NCBI RefSeq assembly: GCF_964213995.1
Contig: NW_027590123.1
Span: forward strand, 1,612,001-1,676,000
Source: Mustelus asterias
Taxonomy: Eukaryota
DNA length: 64,000 bases
Direction: 5' to 3'
Shown: positions 1-13,780 of the stretch, in pieces
Position numbering within the stretch: the first letter of the stretch is position 1
Layout: each line of letters begins with the position of its first letter
Notes under the pieces: model-generated
Database searches by the model: none
Seen by the model: only the letters and a program-made list of their open reading frames with translations
Told to the model about the DNA's origin: nothing
Translations under genes and position numbers: made by a program

Positions 1-1000
1 GAGATACATTAAATGGTTTTCCACACCTTTCTCTGCCTATTTGTTCCTGACTGCTCTTGTCTTTACTGATTTATGAAAATTATGCCCATTTCCATTCCCA
101 GTCTTAAACGCAAACATTGAATGCTTTTTTTGTTACCTTGTACATTAATTCAGAACCTCTCCAATCTGCTACTCAGCTATTCGGTCCCGCTTTCCATCCA
201 CATGACTGGTGAAGATTTCGCGTTGTATTGAATCATTTACAAACCCTAACACTCTTGTTGCGAACCTACCGGTCCGCAGTATGGAATGAAAATTGAGCTG
301 CCGCTCTTACAGAGAGGGAGAATTATAGAATTTCCAACGTGACGTTGCTATTGAGCTCAGCTCTTTGCAGATAAATCCTACCTTTGACCACGCTGCCGAT
401 GGCAGCTCCCACCCACAGCTTTCCTGTGCTGTTCTAACTGATCAGCCTCACATGTGCTGTTTTGTTAGAGATTTTATTGTAGATATTCAGCTTTGCTGCT
501 TTATCCTGTTTGGCACTCTTTGGATCAGCACTCCAATGGGGGGGGGGGGGGGGGGGGGGAGGGGGGGGGAGTTTTCTTCCACTCTGAAAGAGGATTTCAC
601 ACACTGCAGAGTTTCAAATTGAGGGAACATCATAAGGAAATATCTCAGACCATTCATTATTCTATCACGTCTTATCAAGTAGATGTTCCAACTAAAAAAA
701 AATCATCCTCTCCCGCACCACTCCTGCTATCCCAAACATGATTAATAACAAACTGCTTCTCATGTTGCTGTAAGGATGGACATTGTCATTCTCCAGGTCA
801 GAACAGAGCCATCAAGAGTCGGGATCAGTCTGTTGCTGGAATGCAGTTGAAGAGGAAAGTAATCCCCTTTCGTTTGATGTCCAAATTCCCTTTGCTCCTT
901 TCATCTCTCCGCCAATAGGATGAATTGCAGATAAAGGAGCTGCGAGATCATTGGTGCATTGAAGAACAAAAGAACAAGAAGCCGATAGGATGTCATCTGA

Positions 1001-1045
1001 TGACGTTTTCAGTAAATCAATAAACAGTGACCTGGATGTGACTCA
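1001..1045 (+). promoter_or_regulatory. Putative TCR V promoter elements (CRE-like TGACGT 1001-1006; AP-1 TGACTCA 1039-1045)
   Basis: Motifs lie ~80-120 nt upstream of the V1 leader ATG. CRE-like elements are typical of TCR V promoters, but the motifs are short. Confidence 0.35.
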
Positions 1046-1123
1046 ACTTCTTCCCAACACTTGACTAAAACAATTTCAGCTTCAACCCCCTCTGGTCAAA
1101 TCCGCCGCGAGCTCTCTGCAAAC

Positions 1124-1949
1124 ATGTCTCCTGTTACTCTGTATTTATTCCTCACAGTGGCAGCTCTTTTAACCGGTAAATTCACAAGTTGCTCAACTCT
1201 GTGTTACACATCGTAACCACTCAGTATATTCTGCCGGGCAGTTCGCTCACTGCAAGGGGGAGGGATTAGGTTAATGTCCCCCTGGGAATGAGAGAGAATG
1301 AGTTGGGCTGAGATTCAAGCTCCTCTGATACCAGTAAATGACTTTGGCAAACATCAAACTTCAAACACACAAACAGTGAGCAGTTTCCAATTATAGGGAC
1401 TGAAGGTGAGGACCTGACCTCGTTAGAAAGAATAGAATATTTACGATTGAAGTTTTATTTAATTACCACAAGCACCTCCCGCTCCAGCCGCTGAACTGTG
1501 TTATTTCTCTCTGCGGTTATTGTTCAAGCTGACGGCTGATTCAGTTTTTTTGGGCGGTGGGAGGGGGCGTGGGGGGGGGGGGGGCGGCGGGGGTGATGGT
1601 ATGGGGACACAATGAAGTCTTTTTATTTAGTTTAATATTTCTTTGGGTTCATACAGAACATTGTGGAGGAGATTCTGTTTCACAGGCACCGGCAGCGGTC
1701 ACAGTCACTGAAGGAGATGATGTTCAGTTGTTCGGTAATTAATTCAACTTCAAGCAACACTCCTTACTTATTCTGGTCCGTCCGTAATCTTGTGGCTCCT
1801 TGGAGTATCTACTGTTGAGATATAGATACAGCGAGGACACACAGAGATCGCCAGGGGACCGATTTTCACCGGAGCTCAATGATACTGTCCCGCTGAAAGT
1901 TTCTAAAACAGAGCTGGCAGACTCCGGGGTGTATTACTGCGCACTGAGT
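1124..1949 (+). pseudogene. TCR alpha-type V gene segment pseudogene (V1): leader exon 1124-1175, phase-1 intron 1176-1656, V exon 1657-~1949
   Basis: Leader MSPVTLYLFLTVAALLT-G|gtaaa and acceptor atacag. V exon reads DSVSQAPAAVTVTEGDDVQLF(C>G)N..STSSNTPYLFW..LEYLLLRY...DRFS...ELADSGVYYCALS. Lesions: first Cys to Gly, a +1 indel near 1741, a -1 indel near 1777, and in-frame TAA. Confidence 0.9.
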
Positions 1950-1990
1950 CCCAGAGATACACAGAGCAGGGCTGAACCGGTACAAAGACT
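1950..1990 (+). other. Degenerate 23-type recombination signal sequence of V1
   Basis: Heptamer-like CCCAGAG (1950-1956), 25-nt spacer (23 nt if one AC of ATACAC is a slippage duplication), nonamer ACAAAGACT (1982-1990). Confidence 0.7.
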
Positions 1991-3534
1991 CTCAGAATCT
2001 CACTCAAAATAGCAGAGCGTTCGGCAAACGTTGTGAACAGCGTGAGTCTGAAATGGAAACTGAAATCGTGGTGATTTCTCAAACTTTTAATTCTGGAATA
2101 TGCTTTCATTAATAATAAATATATGACAAGAATAACGAAATGGCGACAGTTTAAAGAATTTACGTTAGAATATATGTAGAGTTTGATGTCCCAAAGTGTT
2201 TCCTCGTCACGGTGGAAAACACAGCAGGCAATTTGCACTCAGCATATCATTTCATCCAGTAATATTGCAGTGTTCTGTCTGTGTTAGTGATTGTGATTGA
2301 TGAACAGATATCAAACAGCACATTTCACCTTGTCTTCTTGGAAACAATGGCCATGCGATGCATCACGTCCACCTGAGAAGGAAGACCGTGTCCTCGATTT
2401 AACAGGTCACCGAGAGGCTGGCAGCTCTGACGGTGCAGCATTTCCTGACCACTGCACTGTCTCCTCGGTAAGATCCCGGAGTGTTTTTCCTGACTGACTC
2501 CCGGTGTCCTGTGGAACGGAAAGAATCTCTGACCCGACTGGGGACGAAATCTTCAAAATTCCAGGAGGTCGCGACCGCTCACTCACCCAATCCGGGAAAA
2601 AAATTGAAATAGAAACAATAAAATTAAAAATTAAGTTCACGGTGCCCCATAAAAACAGGAGGACAACGAATTTAGCTTCTAGAATCAAATTTCACTCGAA
2701 AACAACAACTCTTTTACTTTTATTGCGGCTTTTACAGATTCCATATGCCCCAAAACACTTTCTAACTGCCGGAAGCTCATTACCAGTGTAGTCACTGCTG
2801 TTATGTTAGAAACTTTATTAACGCAGAGAGCAGTGGGAATGTTTAATTATCTCACAGAAAGGACTGTCATTCTGACCCAAGAGTAAAGGAATTTCCGGGT
2901 TACTTCGATCTTGTCACAAACAGTAACCAAATGGATACCTCTTTCTCTTTCTCTCTCTCTGTCTCTCTCTCTCTCTCTTTATGCTACACTGAGGACCGAC
3001 GTTGATTAGTAGCACTGTGCTAAACGTCTTATTCATACTACCCAGTGACATTGGAATACACTGATTGATAAAAGTCAATCTGAAAGACTGCTGCGCCACT
3101 CTTCACATCTTCCAGACTTTTCCATTGGATTGGTCAATGACCTTGCCTGACAAAGTACCGCAGTAGTTTCCATTACCTCTGCAGTATTACCGATCGGGAA
3201 ACGCGCCCACTCTTACCACCTGTCATGAGGTAGATTGGAAGAGTTTCCAAGCTGATCATCAACCTGTGAATCGGAAAAGGATCACACTTTCTACAGACAT
3301 AAGACCCTGAAGTGGGATTGGAACCCCAAGCTTCTGGTCCAGAAGGTATGGTTCTGTGTCGATGCTTCGATAATTCACATAGACGCTCTTGTCCTGAATA
3401 AAATGTGGTTTGTGGTGGTGTCGCGACGCCCAGGTATTTCCCGTACTCCAGCCGTCACCTGTAACAGCGGTGAAGTGGCGGATCTGAAAGTTTTGTTCTC
3501 AGATGTCATGGAACGCCATCTAGTGGAATCTTAT

Positions 3535-6500
3535 ACCATAAGACCATAAGACCGAGAAGCAGAACTAGGCCCATCGAGTCTGCTCCGCCATTCAATCATG
3601 GCGGATATTTTTCTCATCCCCATTCTCCTGCCTTTTCCGCATAACCCCGATCCCCTTATTAATTAATAACCTATCTTTCTCTGCCTTTAAGACACTCAAT
3701 GACGTGGCCTCCACAGCCTTCTGCGGCAAAGAGTTCTGCAGATTCACGACTATCTGGCTGAAGAAATTCCTCCTCACCTCTGTTTTAAAGGATCGCCCCT
3801 TTAGCCTGATGTGGTGCCCTCTGGTTCTAGGTTTTCCTACTACAGGAATCATCCTCTCCACGTCCACTCTACCCAGGCCTCGCAGAATCTTATAAGTTTC
3901 AATAAGATCCCCCCTCATTCTTCTAAACTCCAACGAGTACAGACTCAGAGTCCTCAACCGTTCCTCATACGACAAGCTCTTCATTCCAGGGATCACTCTT
4001 GTGAACCTCCTCTGGACCCTTTCCAAGGCCAGCACATCCTGGATATAAATTGTTCCATTGGTAAGACACAGCATGGGTTCATGAAGGGCAGGTCATGTTT
4101 GACTAATTTGCTGGAATTCTTTGAGAACATTACATGCACAGTGGACAATGGGGAGTCTGTGGATGTGGTGTATCTGGATTTTCAGAAGGCGTTTGACAGG
4201 GAGCCGCACCAAAGACTGCTGCATCAGATAAAGGTGCAAGGTGTTACGGGCAATGTATTGGCATGGATAGAGGATTGGTTAATGAACAGAAAGCAAAGAG
4301 TGGGTGTGAATGGGAGTTTTTCTTTTGGTGATCAGTGAATAGTGGTGTGCCTCAGGGTTCAAATTGGGACAGCAATTGTTTACGATTTATATCGATGATT
4401 TGGAGTTGGGGACCAAGTGTAGTGTCACAATTCGCAGATGATTTTAAGATGAGTGGCAGGGTAAAGTTTGCAAAGGACGCTGAAAACCTGCAAAGGGATA
4501 TAAATAGTCTAAGTGAATGGGCGAGGGTCTGGCAGATGGAGAACAATGTTGGTAAATGTGAGGTGATCCATTTTGGTAGGAGTAATAGCAAAATGGGCTA
4601 TTATATAAATGGTAAAAAAATTGCAGTATGCTGCTCTACAAAGGGACCTGGATGTCCTTGTGCAAGAATCACAAGGAGTTGGTTTGCAGGTGCAGCAGGT
4701 AATTAAGAAGGCAAATGGAATTCTGTCCTTTATTGCGAGATGGATGGAGTTAAAAACAGCGAGGTTATGTTGCAGCTGTATAGGGTGCTGGTGAGGGCAC
4801 ATCTGGAGTAGTGTGTAGAGTTTTGGTCTCCTTACTTGTGAAAGGATATACTGGCACTGGAGGGGGGTGCAGATGAGATTCACTGGATTGATTCCGGAGT
4901 TCAGAGGTTTGGCTTACGAGGAGAGACTGAGTAGACTGGGGATATACTCATTGGAATTCAGAAGAATGATGGGAGATCTTACAGAAACATATAAGATTAA
5001 TAAGGGAGTAGATAAGATAGAAGTAGGGACGTTGTTTCCACTGGTGTGTGAAACTAGAACTAGGGGGCATGGCCTCAAAATTAGAGAGAGCAGATTTAGG
5101 ATTGAGTTGAGGAGGATCTTCTTCACACAAAGGATTGTGAATCTGTGGAATCCCCTGCCGAGTGAAGTAGTTGAGGCTACCTCATTGAATGTTTTTAAGA
5201 AAAGGATAGATAAATTTGTGAACAGTAAAGAAATTAATGGTTATGGTGAGCGGGCGGGTAAGTGGAGCTGAGTCCAAGAAAAGATCAGCCCTGACCTTAT
5301 TGAATGGCGGAGCAGGCGCGAGGGGCACGATGACCGACTCCTGCTCCTAGTTCTTATCTTCTTATCCTTCCTTAGATATGGGGCCCAAAACTGCTCAGAA
5401 TACTCTAAATAAGTTCTGACCACAGCCTTATACAGCCTCAGAAGTACATCACTGCTCTTGTGTTCTAACCCTCTCGAAATGAATGCCAATTGCAAATGCC
5501 TTCGTAACTGCCGACTGAACCTGCAAGTTAACCTCAAGAGAATCTTGAACAATGACTCCCAAGCTCCTTTGTGTTTCTGTTTTCCTGAGCATTTTCTCAT
5601 TTAGAAAAAAAACTATGCCTCCATTCCTCCTTCCAAAGTGCATAACCTCATACGTTTCGACATTGTATTCCATCTGTCACTTCTTTGCCCACTCCCCTAA
5701 CCTGTCCAAGTCCTTCTGCAGCCCCCATGCTTCCTCAATACTACCTGTCCCTCTACGTATCTTTATACCACCTGCAAACTTAGTAACACTGCCTTCAGCT
5801 CCTTCCTCCAAATCGTTGATGTATTTCATGAAAAGTTGTGGTCACAGCACTGACCCCTGAGGCACACCACCAGTCAACGGTTGCCATCCTGAGAAAGACA
5901 CATTTATCCCCACTCTCTGCCTCTGCCAGTCATCCAATCCTCTATCCATGCCAGGATCTTACGCTGAACACCATGGGCTTATAAGTAACTTATAAGTTAC
6001 TTAACTTATTTACCATTCTCCTATGCGGCACCTTGTCAAAGGCCTTCTAGATATCTAAATAAATCATGTCCATTTGCTCTCCTTTATCTAACTTCCTTGT
6101 TACCGCCTCAAAGATCTCTAACAGATTTGACAGACAAGGCCACCCCTTGACAAACTGTGCTGATTCAGTCCTACTCTATCATGCATCCAAGTACTCCACG
6201 ATCTCATCTTTAATAATGGACTCTAAAATCTTGCCAGTGCCCGAAGTGATGCTAACCGGCCAATAATTTCCCGCCTGCTGCCTCCCACCCTTCGTAAACA
6301 GCGGTGTTACATTAGCTACTTTCCAGTTCTCTGGTACCCTCCCTACCTCCAGTGATTCCTGAAAGATCACCACCAATGTCTCCACAATTTCCTCAGCCAT
6401 CTCTTTTAGAACCCTGGGGTGTAGTCCACCCGGTCCTGGTGATTTATCCACCTTCATACCTTTTCATTTTCCGCAGAACCTTCTCCTTAGAGATGGCCAC

Positions 6501-9500
6501 TACATTCACCTGTGCCCGCTGACTCTCCTGGAGCTGTTGCATCCCACTGGCGTCTTTCACCGTGCAGAATGATGCAAAGTAACAATTCAGTTTCTCTGCC
6601 ATTGCTTTGTTTTCTATTATTACTACTCCAGCCTCATTTTCCAGTGCCACTCGCTATTACATTTCTATATATTTTATAAAAACTTCTTCCTATCTTCTTT
6701 TAGATTTCAAGCTAACTTACACTCATATTTCATCTTCTCGCCCCTTATTGTTTTTTAGTTTTCTTCTGCTCGCTTTTAAAGGCTTCCCAATCCTCTTGCC
6801 TCCCACTAATCCTTTCCTCTTTGAATGTCTCTTTTGCTTTTATGCATTCCTTGACTTCCCTTGTCAGCCATGGATGCCTCGTCCCGCATCAGCCACCGGC
6901 CATCGCCCCCCCGCCGCCCATCCCCCCCCCCCTCCCCTCGCCCTTAGAATGTTTGCTCCTCCTTCGCCTGAATTTCTGTTGCGCTTCCCGAATAACTCTC
7001 AAAAACTCCTGCCAGTGCCATTCCACTGTCTTCCCTGCTCGGCTCCCTTTCCAATCAACTTTGGCCAGCTCCTCCCTCATGTCTTTGTAGTTGCCTTAAT
7101 TTATTTGTAATACCATTACATCTGATTCCAGCTTCTCCTTCTCAAATTGCAGGGTAAGTTCTATCATATTGTGGACACTGCTCCCTCAGGGTTCCTTCAC
7201 CTTACGTTACCTAATCAAGTCTGCCTCATTACACATTACCAAATCCAGAATTGCCTGTTCCCAAGTCGGCTCTGTCACAAGCTGCTCCAAAAGAATCTCA
7301 TAGACATTCCACAAATTCCTTTTCTTGGGATGCATTACCTACCTGATTTTCCCAGTTCACCTGCATATTGAAGTCCCCCATGTTTATTGTAATATTGGCC
7401 TTTTTATATGCCTTTTCTATCTCCTGATTTATTTTCTGCCCCACATCCTGGCAACTGCTCGGGGGCCTGTACATAACTCCCATCAGGGTCTTTTTACCTT
7501 TGCGATTCCTCAACTCTACCCAAGATTCTATGCCTTCTGTTCCTATATCACTTCTTGCTATCGATTTAACTTCATTCCTTACTAACAATGCAACCCCGCC
7601 CCCTTTGCCCATCTGTCCGTCCTTCTGATAGGACACATATCCTTGGATATTTAGGTCCCAGCCCTGATCCCCTTGCAGCCACGTCTCTGTGATAATCACA
7701 CCATCGTACCAGCCAATTTCAATGTGCACAAAAAGCTCATTTATCTTGTTCTGTATACTGCAATATAGTATACTATATTGGTACAACGCTCTCAGTCCTG
7801 CATTGACCACCTCCCATGTCAAACTTGTCATCTTTTTTGCTCGGTCGTAGTAGGTTCCTGCCAGCTTCTATACTCTCTGTTGTATTACGTGGTCTGGAAA
7901 ATTTACTAACCTCTCCTGAGCCGTCAGCTCCATAAACCTTCACTTCTACCTCTCCTTTAACTCTGATTTCAAAATTCTCCATATAACTGACTCCCCCCGC
8001 TCCCCCCCTCCCCCCACCCCCGCCCCACTATTTAGTTTAAAGCCCTCTCTACAACCCGAGTTATACCATTCGTCAGGGCTCGAGTCCCAGCACGATTCAG
8101 ATGAAGGCCGTCCCATCGGAACGGGGCCCCTCTTCCCCAACACTGGTGCCAATGTCCTATGAATTCAAACCGATTCCTCCTACACCTATCTTTGAGCGAC
8201 GCATTTATCTCCTTAATCTTATTTACCTATTAGCTCCTGGCTCAGATAGCAATCCACAGATTATTACCTTTTTGGTTCTGCTTTTGAATTTCGCTCCTCG
8301 CTGTTCGTACTCACTTCGCAGTTTGTTCTTGTTCTACCTCTGTCATTGGTACCTACGTGGACCACGACAACTGTGCTTTACCCTCCCACTCCAAGTTCCT
8401 TTGCAGCCCAGATGAGATATCCCGAACCGGAGCACCAGGCAGGCAACATAATTTTCGGGATTGTCGATCCTGGTCACAGAGAACAGTCTCAATTCCCCTA
8501 ACTATACTATCTCCAATTACGACTACATTTATTTTTTTCTCCCCCTGCTTGAACGGCTCCTTTTACAACGGTGCCGTGGCCAGTTTGTTCATCCTCCCTG
8601 CGGTACCCGTTCCTGTCCACGCAGGCAGCAAGAATCTCGAACCTGTTGGACAAGTTCAGGGACTGAGGCTCCTACAAACCTACCTCCTCGATCCTTCTAC
8701 CTGCCTCACTCGCAGCCAAATTCGCCTGCCATTGCCGACTGGCCAAATTCAAGGTATTTAATCAAAGGGGTATGACTGCCTCCTGGAACACAGTGTCTAT
8801 GTACCTCTCCCCCTCCCTGATGTGTCGCAGCGTCCGGAGCTCAGAATCCTGCTCATCCACTCTGATCCGGACTTCCTCAAGCCACCAACAATTACTGCAG
8901 ACATGCTCACTGAGAACCACAATGGGGTCCACCAGCTCCCACATCATGCATGAACATCTGATCACCTGAACCTCCATGTCTATTTTATTTAATTAGTTTT
9001 GAAGTTGAGTTTTATTTATTCTTTTTTTAATTATCTGTCTCCTTATTACAATAGTCTCAATGGAATATCTAACAAGTAATTTCAATGGCTTTTCAAATTT
9101 AGTCCAGCTCCCTCTTAGTCAATCAAATCACAGCCCAACTGTGATGTCACTCTTAAGTTTTTTTTCTTTAATGCGAAGTCAGTGTCAGTGTCAAAGAATC
9201 AAGACTAACAGGTAATTACCAATCAGTACTCTCCCTTTTAGTCTCTGCTGCCTGTTTCACCTAACTCCCTGTTTTGACCCAACTCTAAAAGCACTCTCAC
9301 ATTCAGTCAGCACTCACTGTGCAGTCAGAGGAGCACTGAGGCCTTTGCTTTGATAGGCACAACTTACAAAGTCCTGAAACTGGTTTTAACTGGATGTACA
9401 AAGAACCAGCCAAGTTCAGTTGAGAGCTGACTCAGCTGATTCCTGTTGCAGGAATGCACTGAAGTGCTGATTTTAACTTCCCAAATAAGAACTAATTTAG

Positions 9501-9690
9501 CTTACCCTGAAAGCAAGTTTAATGACTACTTACCTCCTTATAACTTACCACTTGAACACCCTGTTTTCACTCAACGCCAAAAGGACTCCTCACATTCAGG
9601 CAGCATTCACCGTGCAGTCAGAGTAACACTGTGAGGCCTTTGTTTTTTATAGGCAAAACTTACAAAGCCCTGAAACTGGTTTTAACTAGT
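3535..9690 (-). mobile_element. Decayed near-full-length CR1-clade LINE (5' UTR, ORF1 zinc-finger/leucine-zipper/esterase, ORF2 APE-RT, short-repeat tail), interrupted by the element at 4041-5363
   Basis: Minus-strand fragments: ORF1 8762-8977 (RCSCMMW..HVCSNC..LEEVRIRV), APE 7298-7831 (ITETW, GGGVAL, YRPP, MGDFN), RT 6179-6457 (KSPGPGGLHPRVLK), C-terminus 3592-4040. Tail ccataagaccataag near 3535. Confidence 0.9.
4041..5363 (+). mobile_element. 5'-truncated CR1-clade LINE nested antisense in the LINE above
   Basis: QHGFMKGRSCLTNL, YLDFQKAFD, GVPQGS, FADD motifs; ttcttat tail; flanking duplication ATCCT (4036-4040 / 5364-5368). Confidence 0.9.
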
Positions 9691-10744
9691 TGCATAAACA
9701 ACTTTGTCTGTGAAGCAGCAATTATCAATATGTTGCCGAATATTGCTGCATGGTATTGCTGTATTATTAATATGACTGTTATTATGACAGTTTATTTTAG
9801 GTTTTATTACTCTGATGCTATTTCTGCATCGGATGCCTTTTTCCAAAATTTGCTATTTATGATTGATCTGAGATCATTTATCACAGTTTCTGACGTGGTT
9901 ACTTGGGCAGTACATTCCCTGTTCATTTGAATTAATAGATTAACTGTCTAAAGTCACAACTCCACATGAGGCAATTTTGTATTTTTCATTTCGAAAGAAT
10001 GGAATTTTCGAACATTCCTTAACCATCAAAGAAGGATGCCGACCAAATATCAAAAAGCCAATTTACCAAAAAGCGATCTTTTTTTTCCACAGTAGATTAC
10101 ATTATTAGAAACAATAGCAACCAGACGGACTAACCGGGTTTCTTTTCAATAGTTTCCAAACTTCCTTGATTGGGAACATGTCTGTCAGACCATTTCTGAA
10201 CTTTTCTTCCCCTGGTGAAAAGGCCTCCATTGCTGAAGCGTCTGTTCAGGATGATCATCTCCCCACCCTGCCTCATCTCGCTCGGTCTCTCCTGTCTTTG
10301 ATCTAAGTCAGGAACGAAAGAAGAGCCAGGAAACCGAACCAAGTGCTTGAACTGTGCTCTCAGCAATGATGTGTGCAGGTTTATTCATATGTTCTATAAT
10401 CCATGTGAATGATGATAAATATTGGATTCTTAAACTGTTTCACAAGGACAGTAAATGGACCCTCATTTTCTGCATCTACGCCCTGGATTATTTTTCCTTC
10501 TTGTCTCCTCTAAATTAATATTTCGTCCTCAATTTCTTTCATTCTCCACTCGACAGTTTGTATGTTTCTTTTTGTAGGAAACAAAGAGATACGGCGGTTT
10601 TTGGTTGTACTTCAGACAAAGCAGAATATTATGGGAGTCCTCCAACAGTCCCGTAGCATCAGAGTAAAATACACCGACAAAACACGCTGTGAATTTGCAA
10701 CATTTTATGTTTTATATCAGGCCAACCATTAGTTCAGCAAAGAT

Positions 10745-10903
10745 GAAAGCAAAATACTGCGGATGTTGGAATTTGAAACAAAAACAGAAAATGCTGGAAA
10801 ATCTCAGCAGGTCTCACAGCATCTGTGGAAAGAGAATAGAGCTAACGTTTCGAGTCTGGATGAACCTGCGTCAGAGCTTAGCTTGGACTCGAAACGTTGG
10901 CTC
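10745..10903 (-). mobile_element. Penelope-like element terminal-repeat fragment with inverted junction and degenerate hammerhead-like core
   Basis: Inverted repeat gagctaacgtttcgagtc (10839-10856) / gactcgaaacgttggctc (10886-10903). Minus strand reads CTGACG...CGAAAC. Related sequence occurs at ~12280-12400 and ~20840-20960. Confidence 0.5.
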
Positions 10904-11927
10904 GATTAGTTCAACGAAGTTGCCCAGTCCATTATGGCAGTTGAGCTGGACTTTCCTCCAGTGGAAAAAAAATCGTTTTCAAATAGACTTCCTCAACTGA
11001 AAATATAGATGTGTTTGCCAGAATTAAGTGATTTATCATATCAACAGTGAATATAACCATGCTGAATTGGACCTGCCAACACTCGGTTGAGCCTTGTGAA
11101 GTAGATCGCTCGGGCACCTGGGAATTTTCGGGGATGGATCTGGTCGACAATGAACAGACGCAAGCAAGTTTGAGCATGGACACGCCGATTCTAACCAAGC
11201 TGAACTGGAACCGTTTGCATTGAATTACAGATTTTGAGCAGGGTAGGCCAACGTCCAGTGTACCAGTGCAAAGCCGGGGATGTTAGGCCTGAAAGTAACT
11301 GGGATGGACTGGAACTGAAACTTGGCCGAATTGATATTATTGAAATAGTCTGGCAAAAATGAACATAATCGTGAAGAGGGGAGACTGTGCACTCCTTGTG
11401 TAACGATACTTAAGTGCACTGCCCATCGTGAATACACTAATAGATGGGTGGAAGTGGGTTGAATCTATGAATGAATTCCGGCCATTTTTAGGAAAGTCCA
11501 GTAGATCCGCACTGAGTCTCGATACCCTCATCTGTCTGAGTGTTTTCTTTTTCTACTGCTTTGTTGTGAAGAACGATTTTTTAAAAGTATCTTCTGGGAA
11601 ATGAGCGCCATTTCCTGTAGATCACTCACAATATCACTTGTGTCAGTCTTCTGGAGTGCACACCACTCTTAGATATATCTCAGATGGTGATTAGTCTGCA
11701 CCTATAAACCCATTTCATTCTGTTGTAGATTGACCGAGATGCGAATATGTGCTCAGTGTCAAAATCGAAATGTTTCTTTCCTGTCAGTGCGTCAAAAAGA
11801 ACATAATTTCTTATTTTACAGAACACATTTGAGGCTGAGGCCAGAGCAATGATAACGTGGCTGTAATATCAAGGCTCCGATAATGTAGAGCAACGAAAGA
11901 AATTGCAATTTTCCCTCACAAGAAATG

Positions 11928-11932
11928 AAAAA
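11928..11932 (-). terminator. Pol III terminator (T5) of tRNA unit 1
   Basis: TTTTT 10 nt downstream of the tRNA 3' end on the minus strand. Confidence 0.5.
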
Positions 11933-11942
11933 GCTTAACGAA

Positions 11943-12015
11943 TGTTTCTGTATGGTTTCGAACCGGGTACATGTCGCGTATTGGACAAATGTGACAACCA
12001 CTCCACTACAGAAAC
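11943..12015 (-). pseudogene. tRNA-Val pseudogene (unit 1; anticodon mutated to AAT)
   Basis: Reverse complement GTTTCTGTAGTGGAGTGGTTGTCAC...GGTTCGAAACC..AGAAACA aligns to vertebrate tRNA-Val (73 nt) with disrupted stems. Confidence 0.85.
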
Positions 12016-13780
12016 AGCTGGAAACACGGTACAGCAAATCTGTCTGTCTGCAATGTTCAACTGCGCTGTGTTGCTGCAGGTTCCAATGGTTAGACTGAGA
12101 GTCCATGTCACTTTATTCAGGAAGATAACCGTTACTTTCAATCTGATTGCTTCTTGAACATCAAAATTTAAAAGGGTTCTTCTGGCCAATATCTAAGGGA
12201 GTATTTCTGCCCATTCATTATTTCATCATTCTCATCTGCCTTCGAATATTCTCAACCAATTGCACTCAGTAATAAAAACAAATTACTGCAGATGCTGGAA
12301 TCTGAAACTAAAAGAGGAAATGTTGGAAAACCACACAAGGTCTGGCAGCACCTGAAAGGAGAGTAAAGAGCTGACATTTCGTGTCCAGATGACACATTAT
12401 CAAATCTAATTCTACAATTGTACTCAGTATTTGTTTCAATATTTAGTATCAATGCATTATTTAACACATATGTTTTCATTATGAATTGAATATCTCTGGA
12501 ATTGAATATCATTGAATTGCAAACATAACTGACCAACAGAACGAATCGAATCACCGGGTAATCACCGGGTAATACAGATCACAATTTTGAGATTGACCAT
12601 AGTCAGCTTTTAAACAAAGTCAACTTCATTTGAATGGAAGAGATTCAAGAATTTTTTGTTCGTGACACTTGAGCCTTTTTTATTTTGGGCATGAAACATT
12701 CAGGCGCATACATTCTGGCCATTAATAGGAAAGTCCAGTAGAACCGCACTGAGTCTCGATTCCCTCATCTGTCTGAGTTCATTTATCTCCCTATTTCGTT
12801 GTTGTGAAGAAAGATTTCAAAAAAGAATCTTGTGGGAAATGAGTGCAATTTCCTGTTGATCACTTGTGTCAGTCTTCTGGAGCACACACTACTATTAGGT
12901 ATGTTTCAGATGTTGATTAACCATGTTAGTCTGCACCTATAAGCCCATTAAATTCTGTTGTAGATTGAACGAGATGCGAATATGTGTCACAATTGAAACG
13001 TTTCTTTCCTGTCAGTGCGTCAAAAAATGAATCAGCATTTCTTATTTTATAGAAAACATTTGAGGCCCAGAGTTAGGGCAAAGATAATATGGCTGTAACA
13101 TCGAGATTCGGATAATGTTCAGCAATGAACTGAAATGATACAGATTTCTCTCCCCTTACATGAGAAAGCTCAATGAATTTTTCTGCTCGGTTTCGGACTG
13201 GGGACTTCTCGCGTGTGAAGTGAACATCAGTTGAAGGGGATTCTGGGAGGTTGAGTTCTTAGTATAAAAGTCAGTTACCTGGGGGGATCGACCTCTTTGT
13301 TCGACTGGAGCAGGACTGAGAGGGAGAGATTCTTAGCAGGAGTGCTGAGGGTAAGCAAAATACTGATTTATTTATTTATTTATTGTATTCCTTGTTTGTT
13401 TCGCGGGCTTTTTTCAAGGTTTTAATTAAGGGAAGTGACGTCAGCTGAAGGGGATACTGGGAGGTTGAGTTCTTAGTATAAAAGTCAGTTACCTGGGGGG
13501 TTCGACCTCTTTGTTCGACTGGAGCATAAAAAGCCGGCCGCACTATACAGCGGGCAGCGTCGGGAGTGGGCAGTGTAGTGAGTGGGAAGCAGAGTGAGAG
13601 CAGTAAGGGCTTTGGCTCGCAGGGCTTAGGCGGAAACGGGCGACACAGGACAGGTTTAAATTCATTCTGTTACCCTTCAATTTCGATTCCTTGTTCTTTC
13701 CCAGTGCACTCTGAGGAAGGGGAAAAGGGGTTCAGTGTTCCATTGGAGCAATTCTTTTTCTTTGTAGCAGTAAGTTTTAT

